Under the pieces are notes generated by a model. That model had not been told where the DNA came from. It was given only the letters and a program-made list of their open reading frames with translations, and did no database searches. A DNA stretch of 64,000 nt from Ramazzottius varieornatus (lineage: Eukaryota; Animalia; Tardigrada), in contig BDGG01000007.1 of assembly GCA_001949185.1 (NCBI GenBank), forward strand, positions 1,880,730-1,944,729. Direction: 5' to 3'. Positions within the stretch are counted from its first letter, which is position 1; each line of letters starts with the position of its first letter. The position numbers and the translations under genes are program-made. Shown in pieces: positions 23,907 through 35,018 of this stretch.

Positions 23907-25300
23907 TCTAATGGGAAATCGTTGAGTTGTCGAACAAGACCATAAACAAGTTTACTCAAGCGCAGGCACTACGGAAATAACAGCTGCAGTTACCATTTTC
24001 GTTCCTCGAAGGTTTTGTGTCCAGATGCCTTCTCAAGACTTGCTATGCTACACAAAGCGCAGCAAAAAGGTACATTGCAGTTACGCCAGAAACCCGCCTT
24101 GGATCCTGGATCAGCAAAACATTTACAGAGAGCATCAACAGGATTAGCTTTACTGAGCATGATCTTCCGGAAATCCGGAAATCTTAGCATGGTACACCGG
24201 AAATCAAAGACCAGCTTGGTTTCAACGACGCTAATTGGACCGCGAGAGGGTAAGTTAGATCGAACGTCATGAAATTCTGGTCTATGTGCCAGCGAGGCAG
24301 CTGGAGAAATCTGAGCAATAACTCCGCCTCTACCTGGACCGCTACATGATACAGGGCGGAGTGACGGCGCTAAGCGCAAACTCACTCGCCGCCCCATCTA
24401 CTGGATCTAAGTCGGGTGATACTGATACCTGACTTCCCGGCCCTTAGGCCCATTAGCGTTGTTGATACGCAAGCTGTTTTTGAGGAACATATCAGGGATT
24501 TCCGGTATATCGTGAACTAATCTCTTTGATGCTTTCTCTGTAAAGCTGATATGACGCTAATGTATCTCCTATTCATGTTTTTAGCTCATCACCTCTACCA
24601 GCTACCGATCGCACCCAGCTAGTCCTACAGTCTTCATTCATTAAACACAACGTAAAAACCTGGTGCTCCGTCTGCCACGGCTTTTTCTCCTTGCACTGCC
24701 CGTGACCACTGCCTTTCACTGGGTGCACTGCTTTGGTTGCGTGCACGACCTGGATAGACTTCAAAACATACCCTGATGCAACAAGCCTTTCTTTCCATTG
24801 AAATCAAATAAATGTTTCTGTAATTATCCTTCCAGAGACCATCAGCTTCTCAGTGACCCTGAGGTTTTAAGGAGGACCAAGCGTCATACCAGCATAAACC
24901 ATAAAAAAATTCAGACGGTTCTGTAACTCCACCCGACGGAGAGGTGAAGTTTGGTCAGACCAGGTTTTTGATTGGAGAGTATTGCGTGTTTGAAGTGTTT
25001 TGTGATGCCTTGTGTCAAACTGGTGTGTGTATTTTTTGCACTTATGATCTGACAATGGTTTGAAACCTGTGGTTTCTCGTTTTATTTTTTACTGATTATT
25101 CTTTACTCTTAGCATGTATCAAGAAAGGTAAAACTGGGTCAAAGAAAACTCGATATGCGCCAACAGGAACTTGCAAAGTTGGCGATAAACTTTTCTCCAC
25201 CGCTTCTACGAGACGTGGTTCAGACCAAAGAATTCGTTGGCTTAACCTCATGCCCATCAAGCCTATGTCTCATAGAGCAGTGCCCCGCGCAGCTTGAAGT

Positions 25301-28300
25301 TTACACTCTAACGCCACAAACACGAAGGGGATCGGCGACAGCTTGAGCCTTGTCTTTGGTGATGGCTCCCTTCTTCAGAAAGCACTTCCGGTTGTATGCA
25401 AAATGAGTGCATTCGCTGTGTGTCTGGCACTTTGGTCCGCACTGCTCAGGCGGAATATCGTACTGTACAAAGTCTTTTCCGTAGAAGTCACAGTGATGGG
25501 CCCAGTGACCTTGCCAGTGGATAGACGCTGGTGGAGTCTCGTCTCGGACACCACATACCCGCCTCGAATCCTCCTTGTATAACGCCTGACCCTTATTAAT
25601 AAGTCCTCTTTTCAACCAGCACTTGCGATCCTCTGGGTTGTACGCGAAATGGGTGCAGTCTGATGTCCATTGACACTTGGGTCCACATAACTCAGGATCC
25701 GTGACTTCGTGTCGGATGTCATTTCCCCAGAAGTCACAGTTGTGCGCCCAGTTTTTACCATTCCAGTTTATTCTTCCTGTAAAATAACTGGTGTTTACTA
25801 CGGTCGGTCCGTGCGGATCAGTTTTCTTTTTTTGGTTTGCTTACCATCGGGTTTTGGAGCAGGCCCAGGGCGAGTCGAACAGCTGTATAACTTGTTCAAC
25901 TTTGCGATGTCAGTTTCGGACATGCCGCTGTCCCTGCCTCGGCCCAGCGTTTTTCCGAGCTGTATAGGGAGAATGGTAGGTAATCCGTTTTTACTTGCGT
26001 CTTTCCACGCGTAGTGCATAATGGAACCGTAGTCGTAGGAGAAATCTTGGTTGTTGGTCTCTTGCTTGGCGAAATTGTCAGCCATGCCTGTAAATCGGGA
26101 GCCGTTACCAGTACTAGCAAAGACACTGGCTTGGATATCCGTTAACCTCTGTTTTACCGTCTTCTATGTTCTCGAAGAAAATCCTAACGTAGTCATTCCG
26201 GTCCGATCGTGATTGCTCGTGATGAAACCCAAGTGCGTGAAGGAGCTCATGGACAGCAGTCCCCAAACCGCCGCATTTACCTTTCTGGAGATTTAATTCT
26301 TGATTGGGTTTGGCTAAGTAACCGACCCATGACCAGCATCTGTATCAAAAATATAATGTTCGATCGTAGTGCAATACTTGCTACTCACTACTCAGAGTTT
26401 GACCGAAACGGAACTTCAAAATCGCTATGACAGCAAAGACCGAGAAACCGTAAATGTATACCCAAGCGCTGTTCTTTTCTGAGAAATCCAGGATCAGTTT
26501 ACAGTTTAATTATCTTTTAGTAGTGAAACTTACCCCGGTTCTGTATTGATGATCCTCAAAAAATTTGGCTGATTGGTTCTGCGATGAAACGTGATGCAGG
26601 ATTTGTCCGAAATATGTCGCATGGCGCTGTCGACGAATCCTTTTTCGTGGCTGTCTGAAAAGGCGTTACCTAAATGACTGGTGCAAGATTTCATAACCGA
26701 GACCGTTGTGCTTACCGAGAGCTCCATCAATCACGTAGTATACTTTACCATCCGGCCATTTATGGCGCGGGTCGTTGATAGCATTTGCAGATACTCCCTC
26801 CTGGAAACCAGACAAAGATGTTTTACTCTTATCACCATACGGCAGGCCGTCTGCCGTGCCACGTAAGCCGTCGTCTGGTGTTGAGAACAGCCGGGAAAAG
26901 ATAACTAGTACTCTCTCGTCACGGATCGTTCCGGCGCTTTTCTACCGTACCTGCGCTCATTGAGCTGTGGAGTAGGTAAACTCAAACTGGATCAGTTTTA
27001 TTATTCTAAAATCTGTTCACCTACAGATGAGGAGAACGTTTGCCTTTCTGACCACTCAACCGGCCATCTTTTGGGGAATCAGGGACGGCCATAGCTTTTG
27101 CTTAGCGTCTGGCGGTCAGTTTGGCTGTTCCAGACAGTTCCTGATCGGCTCCTGATCATCCCGCTAGCGGGTAAGATCTTCGATCTTTGTTACGTAGGAC
27201 GTACGCTGGAGTCAGTCTCGGGTAGTGGAAACGGAATCTGACGGCCAATCAACAGTTACTGTCAATCATTCCAATTTGATTGTGCTACTTTGGACAATCA
27301 AGTAATCATCGGTACGATGACAGGACCATGTGCGATGTACCATGATTGAGTTCTACTGGGTAACTTGGTTCTTACTTAGTGCTTGACACTCAGCGCATCG
27401 GTCATTCCCGGGGACCGCACCAATGCAGCGTACTACCATGCTTTTGTCGACGACGCTCTGGGCTCCATTCTTGGCAGCGCCCGCGTTGGTAGTCTGCTGG
27501 CTGATACCATTGTGAATCGATTCTTGGATAGCTCGTGGGTTGATAACACTGATTAGCCGTCAGATTCCGTCCCCATTACCCGGGACTCATTCATGCGTAG
27601 GCAGTGTACAGAGGCGTACGTAACGCAGAGCCTGCGTAACGTACGATCAAAGCCCCGGCCGACACGGCCCCGAGTCACCCCCCCCCCCAGGAGCAACCTC
27701 GAAACTTGGGGGGTTGGCACGCTGACTCAGGGTCGTGTCGTCCGGGGCTTTGATCGTACGTTACGCGGGATCTGACGTAACGGGAATGAAAGATAGATGA
27801 GACAGCTTATCAGACCTGGTATCCGGGGAGGCCAAACACATACCGGTAAGTCGGCTGCTTTTGGCAGCATTATGTCGCCTTCAAAAAGATCGGCACGATA
27901 GGGCAGGGAGGTCTCTGGAGCGCCTGCCGGAATGAAATCTCGCCAGTCTGCAGGAAGAAATTTACGAGCTAGACCCATTCGACATGAAATGAATTCGGTG
28001 CACAACTTACTATCCGGTAAGGAGGATCCCTGGATCTCGGGAAACGAGTGAGATGTCTCTGGAGATCCGGCCGGTATGAAATCTCGCCAGTCTGCAGCAA
28101 AAGAAGATTTCAGCGTACCACCCTTTGACCGCGGTATGCTTTCTAAAGATATTCCGTCAGGTTTTGATATTAGGAGGCCTGACCATCCCTCCCCCCCACG
28201 CCAGGCGATTCAAGCAATCAACTGCCTTTTATAACATTGCTGTCAGGTTTCGGGTACCCATCATCCCTCCCTGGGTACCTGACGTCGTTAATGAATGCTC

Positions 28301-28729
28301 CCTAATTGGCATGCTTAGGCGGTGACGTCAGGAACTCAATACTAGACTTCCACTACAGTACATACCCGAAAAGGTGTGGAATAGTGCGAAGTTTGGAGCA
28401 GGCGGAAACGACGGCTAAGGCAAACTACAAAAATGGCAAAAAGTGCCTTGGGCTGAACTGCACACGTATCCGCGTACTCCCTATCCGCTGTTTCGGTTTG
28501 GCTTGGTGCAGATTTCTTATTGCTCCAAAACTACTTTCTCGTGCGTGTACTTCAGACAAACTGCACGAGAAAGATCACAGGAAAGAATCGCTTCCGTATG
28601 ATGCCATAATTTTTACTCACTATCGGGTAGTGAGCTTGCATGAATCTCCAGCACAGCCAAATCCATCAGGAACATCAAACACATTCTGAGGTAGTCCACT
28701 GATACTCCACAATATGATTTTGACCACAT
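25301..28729 (-). CDS. Astacin (M12A) metalloprotease with two C-terminal PAN/apple-like domains, about 8 exons
   Basis: Signal exon from ATG 28729, prodomain FEGDIML, KWPDGKVYY, HELLHALGFHHEQSRSDR (~26200-26251), Met-turn SIMHY, KLNKLYSC. The final exon holds two W-A-x-x-C-D-F-x-G-x-D...C-x3-C-x5-C-T-H-F...C-x-L-K repeats. Splice phases are compatible. Confidence 0.9.
27619..27782. mobile_element. Hairpin MITE in an astacin intron
   Basis: Long inverted repeat GCGTAACGTACGATCAAAGCCCCGG / CCGGGGCTTTGATCGTACGTTACGC. Confidence 0.75.
28361..28547. mobile_element. Degenerate MITE related to 5864-6207
   Basis: Shares AAGTTTGGAGCAGGCGGAAACGACGGC and ends ...GTGCGTG-TA. Confidence 0.6.
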
Positions 28730-29206
28730 TGTAAAACGGGAAGCAACGACAGTGGTCTCAAATCCATACAGGATAGCACCCCATGTTTATTGAGCTGGTG
28801 GACGGTAACATACTGTAGTACTGATCATGAGCTATCGCTGGGGGATTCAAGAAAAAACTTTAAGATGTGGCGCTCGACAGTCCGAAGTACATCTAGATCT
28901 TCAGAACAACCAGCGTCAGATTAGGTTATTCCAGGAAACGAACGCACTTGCACAACAGAGCTAGGAAGTCCAGTCTGCTTGAAAATGCTATTTGTGTGTC
29001 ACCGCAAAAGCCCTTCCCAAAATGTCTACGCCTAACTAGACTTTGTTTGCCCAACATCTTGATTACCTGCTTTGGCCTCTCGAGAACAAAAACCGAAAAC
29101 CGTTCCCGAAGCTTCCTGACTAACTTAGCATGCTTGTGGCTGTGCCGCGCTTTTTACCTTTTGGTGTGTCTTTGGGTACGAGGTGAACATAGCGGACTTG
29201 TCAGTA

Positions 29207-29349
29207 CTGTAATGCTTCTTGAACTTCGCGAACTACGTCATCATACGCGTACAGTTGGACCCCGGTCCGAAAATTTTGTCTTACCAACCCCCTAAGGGAT
29301 GTTTCGCGCGTATGATGACGTACTTCGCGTAGTTCAAGAAGCATTACAG
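29207..29349. mobile_element. 143-bp MITE of the pogo family
   Basis: TIR CTGTAATGCTTCTTGAACT...TACGTCATCATACGCG at both ends, TA flanks. Same TIR as the 13492 element. Confidence 0.88.
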
Positions 29350-29515
29350 TACAATCGCATGACGAAGTTGTAAGCGTCGGATTTCACGAAGTACTGGGCC
29401 GTTTTGCCTGCTACTCGGTTCCATAGATAGAGAAACCCGTATGGACGTTTACCGTACTGATCCCATAATTTCTCACCCTGCGTGTACACGAGAGATAACG
29501 GCGCACAATCGCAGT

Positions 29516-30290
29516 CTATTTCAACCGAGAAAAAGCCAACTCTCTCAGTTGGCTGTTACCCTGCACAATTAGTATCGGATCGAAGACGATGGTCAAACGT
29601 TGCGAGATGTCCACAATCTTGAATAGTCCTGAAATCTTCACGTCCGTCACCGTCAAGATTGTCCAGTACACCTTGTTCGGCATCAGGCGGACCATCAAGC
29701 TCAGTCATGAGAATCAACGTCACGAAACCGTTTAGGCTCCCGGTCAGTTTTCTACCGCACAGCCGCACTCTTTCAGTAACGTTGTGGTGCCGGCTGCTCT
29801 CTTCAATCGCTATTCTTTCCGAAGATGTAGCTAAAATTTTGGCGATGGGTGGTAAAATTTGCTGACAATTGTTGTACGCTGACAGCCTGGGGAGTGACGC
29901 GCAGTTTCCGGTCTGTGAAGAACGGTCTGACGTATTCCATGATAGGGAGGTCGTTCAGGACAACCTGCGAAATCGTACTCCAAAGACGGATCAGCAAATC
30001 AAAAGTGCACTGTTGAGTGCCATCTAGACTTCTAGAGCGGAAGGTGTAATGACCACGGACATGATCGCTGATGGAGTGTGGCACACGCTGAGGACGGGCC
30101 ACGTTCGGCTGCGAAAAACGACAGCGACCTTGGGGCTGTGGCCTATGCGATAAGAAAACGGAAAGTCGACAGTCCACACGCGACCGAGAGCAATCGGGAA
30201 GTGTGCAAAAGACAAGGAGGTTTTCCAACACCCAGGACAGATACCAGCGGCTTACACAGGTTTGGTAGCCTAAAGTCGGTGTCACAACCT
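29516..30290 (-). pseudogene. GPCR copy E
   Basis: CVSRWYLSWVLEN, HFPIALGRVWTV, RLCGRKLTGSLNGFVTLILM and QRLTIVFDPILIVQGN lie in different frames. TM1-2 is missing. Confidence 0.85.
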
Positions 30291-31518
30291 TTGAGGGAAG
30301 CACTCTTGTACAGGCAAATTGCTGATCCGCTAGGCAGATCTCTTGTCCCAAAAAAATTTGAGTAAACATCTATGTTGCTTGTTTTGATTGACAGGATTGA
30401 CTCTTGATCATCCCACGTCCAGGGAGATTTTACCTGATTGCCCGCACGCCACGGCCTGACCCTCACAGTGTGGACTTCGAACTCTACGTCACACAGCCAT
30501 TTCTTGCTCGAACGGACGATAAGTGTTAGAGGACCAGCAGCTATTTCCAGTACAGTCCTGCCTGCGAGATGTGACAGTTCAAATGCCTGATTTGAGTTTG
30601 GGACGGTCCATATGTTCATGGCATTGCTCGCCATGCTATTTCTACGAGAACAGTCGGCTGATCGGATGCCAGCTTGAACATTTGATCAAGCCAAGCCAGA
30701 ATCGGGCGTCGATCAGCTGATTGTGCTGCCATGTGTGGCGAGCAAGCCCGTGCAGAATTGCTGTACAGTCGCAGAAGGAGCAATTGTCACATCTCGCAGG
30801 TAGGCCTGTACGTTGATTGTAGGTTTTGAGGATTTGGTGAGTTTAGATAATTTATTCCAGTGTTTTCTGAGGTTGCTTACATAGTAATATCTCAGCTGCT
30901 GGAAGGTGGATTTGGACCTTCTTGGTATCAAATACACTGTACAGCCACGAAGCTAATGCTTCTACAGGCAGCGATTGTGGTAACAATATTGTAGCTAGAA
31001 GCATCTGAATGAAAGTCAGAGTGAACAGTGTTTATCCACGCGAAAAGTTGATGACGTGTAAACAGCTGTGGTAAGTCAGAACGGTTTGTCGATAGGAGTC
31101 TAAAGTCCAACCTCCGTGAGTCAGACTGTAGCGTGCAGAAAATCAAGCAAAATCTGTCCGGATGCGGGATATTCCCGAAACCCGCCGGGAGCTGTTCAGT
31201 TTCAACTGGCTCACTTTTCTGTCGCTTTGGAACTTCTGAGCTTCATAGGTTAATACATGTGCACACAATATTCCTCGAACTTTTCTGCATACCGTTGTGT
31301 ATACTGTTGCGTTCAGGGTGTTGCCCCGTAACGCTGATATTTTAAAGCGCACTTGTAAGCTCAACCCTAGACATTCTTTGCAGGGGCAAGTCCTCATTCT
31401 TTCGTTAAATGTCTCCAAGAAAGCAATTGTTAACGTATTGCACCGAAATTTGTAAACAAGAATTTAAGTTACTTTTTCACTTTGTACTTTGTTTTTGTTT
31501 TCGTGATTCCAGTGATTG

Positions 31519-32812
31519 ATGGATGCGACATTGAACAAGGCCGACGATAAGATGGCAATACCTGTTGGACTGGCTGAATGCTTCGATATGGACAGGGACC
31601 TGTCTCGCGTCGCTTCGATCAAACTGAACGATCTGCCAATGCATTTTATTCAGAAAACTCTCCACTGCATCGACCTACCTAAGTTGCTGCGACTCCGACG
31701 GTAACTCAAGTCGACTGCTACTTCGTTGTCCAGTGTTTCATGTTGAAAGAATATGCAAATGCAGGTGTGACGATATCGTGCACTTTTCCCTAGAGTTTGC
31801 AGCCAGTGGCGAACTATGATTACGACCTCTGCAGTTTCTGGTCACATTGGCTTTGACATAACAGAAATGCGCAAGAGATTCAAAACTTTGGAACTGAAGG
31901 AACACTTGGTAAAGTACAATATCTGGCAGTACGCAGCGGCAGCTTCCACCATCGTCTTTTACGAAAGTGCCCCTGACTACAGTCTCAGCCCTTTGTTCAG
32001 CTATCCCCAGCACGTTCTGCTCTGCGCCTTCGTTGGTCAAGCCATCAATGAGGACCGTACTCGAATAGTCAACAAGGTCATCTTTGTCAATGCGGTCTTG
32101 AGTATGGAATTTCTGTTGGAAATACTGCAGCTTCCCATCAAGTTTCAGCTGGTGCTGTACCGCAGCAGTATCAAGATGTGGACAGCTGACCTGATCGACT
32201 TTACGGAACACGTGCCCTGGGATCACTTTGAATGGAACGAACCATTGGAAGAAAGTACGCTTTCAGTCAAGCTTGGATCGGACGATTGGTTCACACTGAC
32301 CAGTAGTCATCGACACTTCATAAATACGCAAAAAGATGGAAACCGAACTCTCGACAGAGTATTACAGGTTATCATCGACAACGCCAGTTCGCTGACGGAA
32401 AAAGAAGTACAAGACCTTGACGTGGCCGTCAAAGATTTCCCATATCCCGATGACTTGCTGTACATATTGGAGTATCTCCTGCAGAGGTAAGATGCTATGC
32501 TTTCTGTGGTCAAAGATGAATATTTGATCCAGTGAGTTTGTCTTCAGGTACGCGCCGAAGAGCGGTCAAGCCTTAGAGTACTACATTATGGGAGACTTTG
32601 ACAAGTTCGCCGCTGTTTGTCACCCGTTGACGCTGGTTCTTCTGAGGCACTTCCTACGTACGGTGGAGCAGTTCTTGACCCAGCATGAGGGTGATTCACA
32701 CAGCGAGGACTGTTGCTGCAGCGAGTGTTGTGTGTCCCAAGCTGATGACGATGACAAATGGGAGAACTGTACGGGCGATGGTGACTCGCATGGTGACGTG
32801 GATGTCACCTAG
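31519..32812 (+). CDS. F-box protein, 3 exons (about 31519-31700, 31794-32487, 32548-32812)
   Basis: Splicing yields LNDLPMHFIQKTLHCIDLPKLLRLRRVCSQWRTMI, an F-box pattern. C-terminal region unrecognised, ending in a Cys/Asp-rich tail. Confidence 0.75.
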
Positions 32813-34330
32813 ACCTCGTCGGCAAGTTGAGACTGCGCACTATTCAAACGCCACAACTAGAGTCAGCCATGGTCGTCCATACTGTATTCTGCGACCGATC
32901 TTATGGATTGAGTGATCAGTTGTGCCATATTCGCGCCAAGATTTACATGTCAACTTGCTGGTTGACGTCATCTGGCTTAATTCTCGCCAGGCACGATTAC
33001 CTTATCACTCTTCTCTCTGCTGCAGTTTTCCACTACTGAATAAAAGGTTTCCCGTTGAGATGTTCACTTGTTCGATATATGTATGTATATCCAACTGGCG
33101 TGTTTTGTTTTGTTTTGTGTACCGGACTTGGAGTCCGGTACACAATCTGCCGACCTGCAATCCATAAAAGAACAAGAGTATTTCTCCGGTATTGCTTCTT
33201 GGCTTCCGTGTTTCTGTAGCAGCCACTCGAGTTGATCACTAAATTGCGGTGAAGAAATCGACATCCTTCTCCTGGAAACAAAAACCAGCGGCAATCCAAC
33301 ACGACCATCGCATCCCGTGTTGTGCGCCACCAACCAGTCGACATGGAACGTCAAGGTTGAACCTTCCATCCGACCTGCCTTTGAAAAGCCTATAGTAGAA
33401 CCACTTGTTGCAGACCGTCATCGAGAGTTCGAGACATCGGCCCAAGAGCTGATGGGAACAAGAGCTGATGGGCGTGTCCAGTAGGTCGTGTAGTGGGTAC
33501 GCATTTCGGCCAGCAGCACCACCAAGGCAGAGTGCATTATTAAGCGTTGCATAGGTAATGGACTTTGACGATGGCGTGGCCCAAGTCTAGAGACCCACCG
33601 TCTGTTACAGGTCCGCAAGGAAACAGGCTTGAAATGATTGATAAACCTCTTACCTAACAAGATTGTCTGCCGTCAGTGCGTCTTGAAGCGCTGGATTGGT
33701 TGATTGGAAAATGCTTGACATGTCGCATACTCAGCGACGTTCTGGACATGGCGACAATGGCGTCCAATCATTGTAGGACAGAGGCAGGTGTGGGTGCTGT
33801 TGACGGTGACGTTCTGCGGTAGGGACCATCTTTGCTGCAGGAAACATCAGGAGGTGATTGGCGACGAAGCCGTGAAGGAAGTAGCCGACGTTGAGGTTGA
33901 CTGACTGCCCGCGGAATGGCTGTATCCACCTCCATGTCGCGGGCGTCGCCTTGGAAGCCTCGTTGGATGACCGAACAGCGTCAAGTAATCGAGCCACAGC
34001 TGATCAGCTGTGGCTCGATTACTTGATCAAGCTAACTTAGCATACAAGTGTACGACAAAATAAACCGTTAAAAATGGGTGTTGGATGGAGCCAGATGGCT
34101 AAAGCCAATGAAATTTGCGCATACAGCAAAACCTAATTCTCATTGGCTGAGGGGTAAGTAAGCTCCAGATGGAGTGTTACGCCCATTTATAACGGTTAAT
34201 TTTGTCGTACACTGTACTGTAGCATGGTGTAATCTATGACATATCTGTCATGTAATTTGGCATCTAGTTTAGCCTGCTGTATGGTGAGGGTGTAGTAGGC
34301 CACAAGCTCAAATGGGAAAAAAGTAGAGTA

Positions 34331-34670
34331 CGAGGTAAACGACACAATTCGGGCATCGTGGTTTTTCACTCGTAATTCGGGCATATTTTTTCTCAGCTCT
34401 TGCGGCGCGTAATGAACTGCCTCTTGTTTCCTGAGGTAGACAGGTCCCTCTCCTCGAGGTTTCAATAGGTTTGAGAACGACGAAGCGTTGTGGAGCACGG
34501 GAATTTGGCCTGGGAGAGGGATGGGTCTGTCCAATGTCAGAAAGCCTAATGTTGTATCAACAGGCGTACGATGAGAGATGAATCGTGCGTTAACGATGAT
34601 GTATGAACTTTTCGCGTTGTCCGAATTATGGTGCGCAAATCGGTATGCCAGAATTATGTCGTTTACCTCG
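34331..34670. mobile_element. 340-bp MITE
   Basis: TA-CGAGGTAAACGACACAATTC and GAATTATGTCGTTTACCTCG-TA. Confidence 0.8.
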
Positions 34671-35018
34671 TACATTTCAAACGAGCGGACTGTAATTACA
34701 GTGTAGGCAAATAAGGTACTCTAAAAGGGGCAAGGCCAAAATCGACGTGACGCAGAAAGCAAACAGCTGATCAAGCTGCAATCCAGAGACGTGAACTGCC
34801 GCTTGATCTGCTGATTACTTCGAGCCGGAGTTTCTACGTCACTTATCGAAAACTCGATTTTGCCCCTCCCCCTTTTAGAGTATCTTATTTGCCTACACTG
34901 TATATCAGGCACTCTCACAGTTTCTCATATGGAGTTTTGAAAGAGTAACCTAAAGATGCGCAAGTGTTGGCTCGTCGGCCTGCATTTGGGGGAATCCATC
35001 CTGCAAGAGAAAGGTCAG

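Noticed and set aside
27370-27550. Possible extra exon within the astacin intron
   Set aside because: The flanking exons join in phase 0 without it (DLP|EGVSANAI) and its phases do not fit.
33033-33997. Minus-strand ORF fragments downstream of the F-box gene, and similar ones at 30400-31150
   Set aside because: I could not build a consistent spliced model or recognise a domain, so they are left uncalled.
34196-34675. 159-aa ORF sharing YEVNDII with ORF 49-285
   Set aside because: The similarity comes from a shared MITE TIR, not a protein family.
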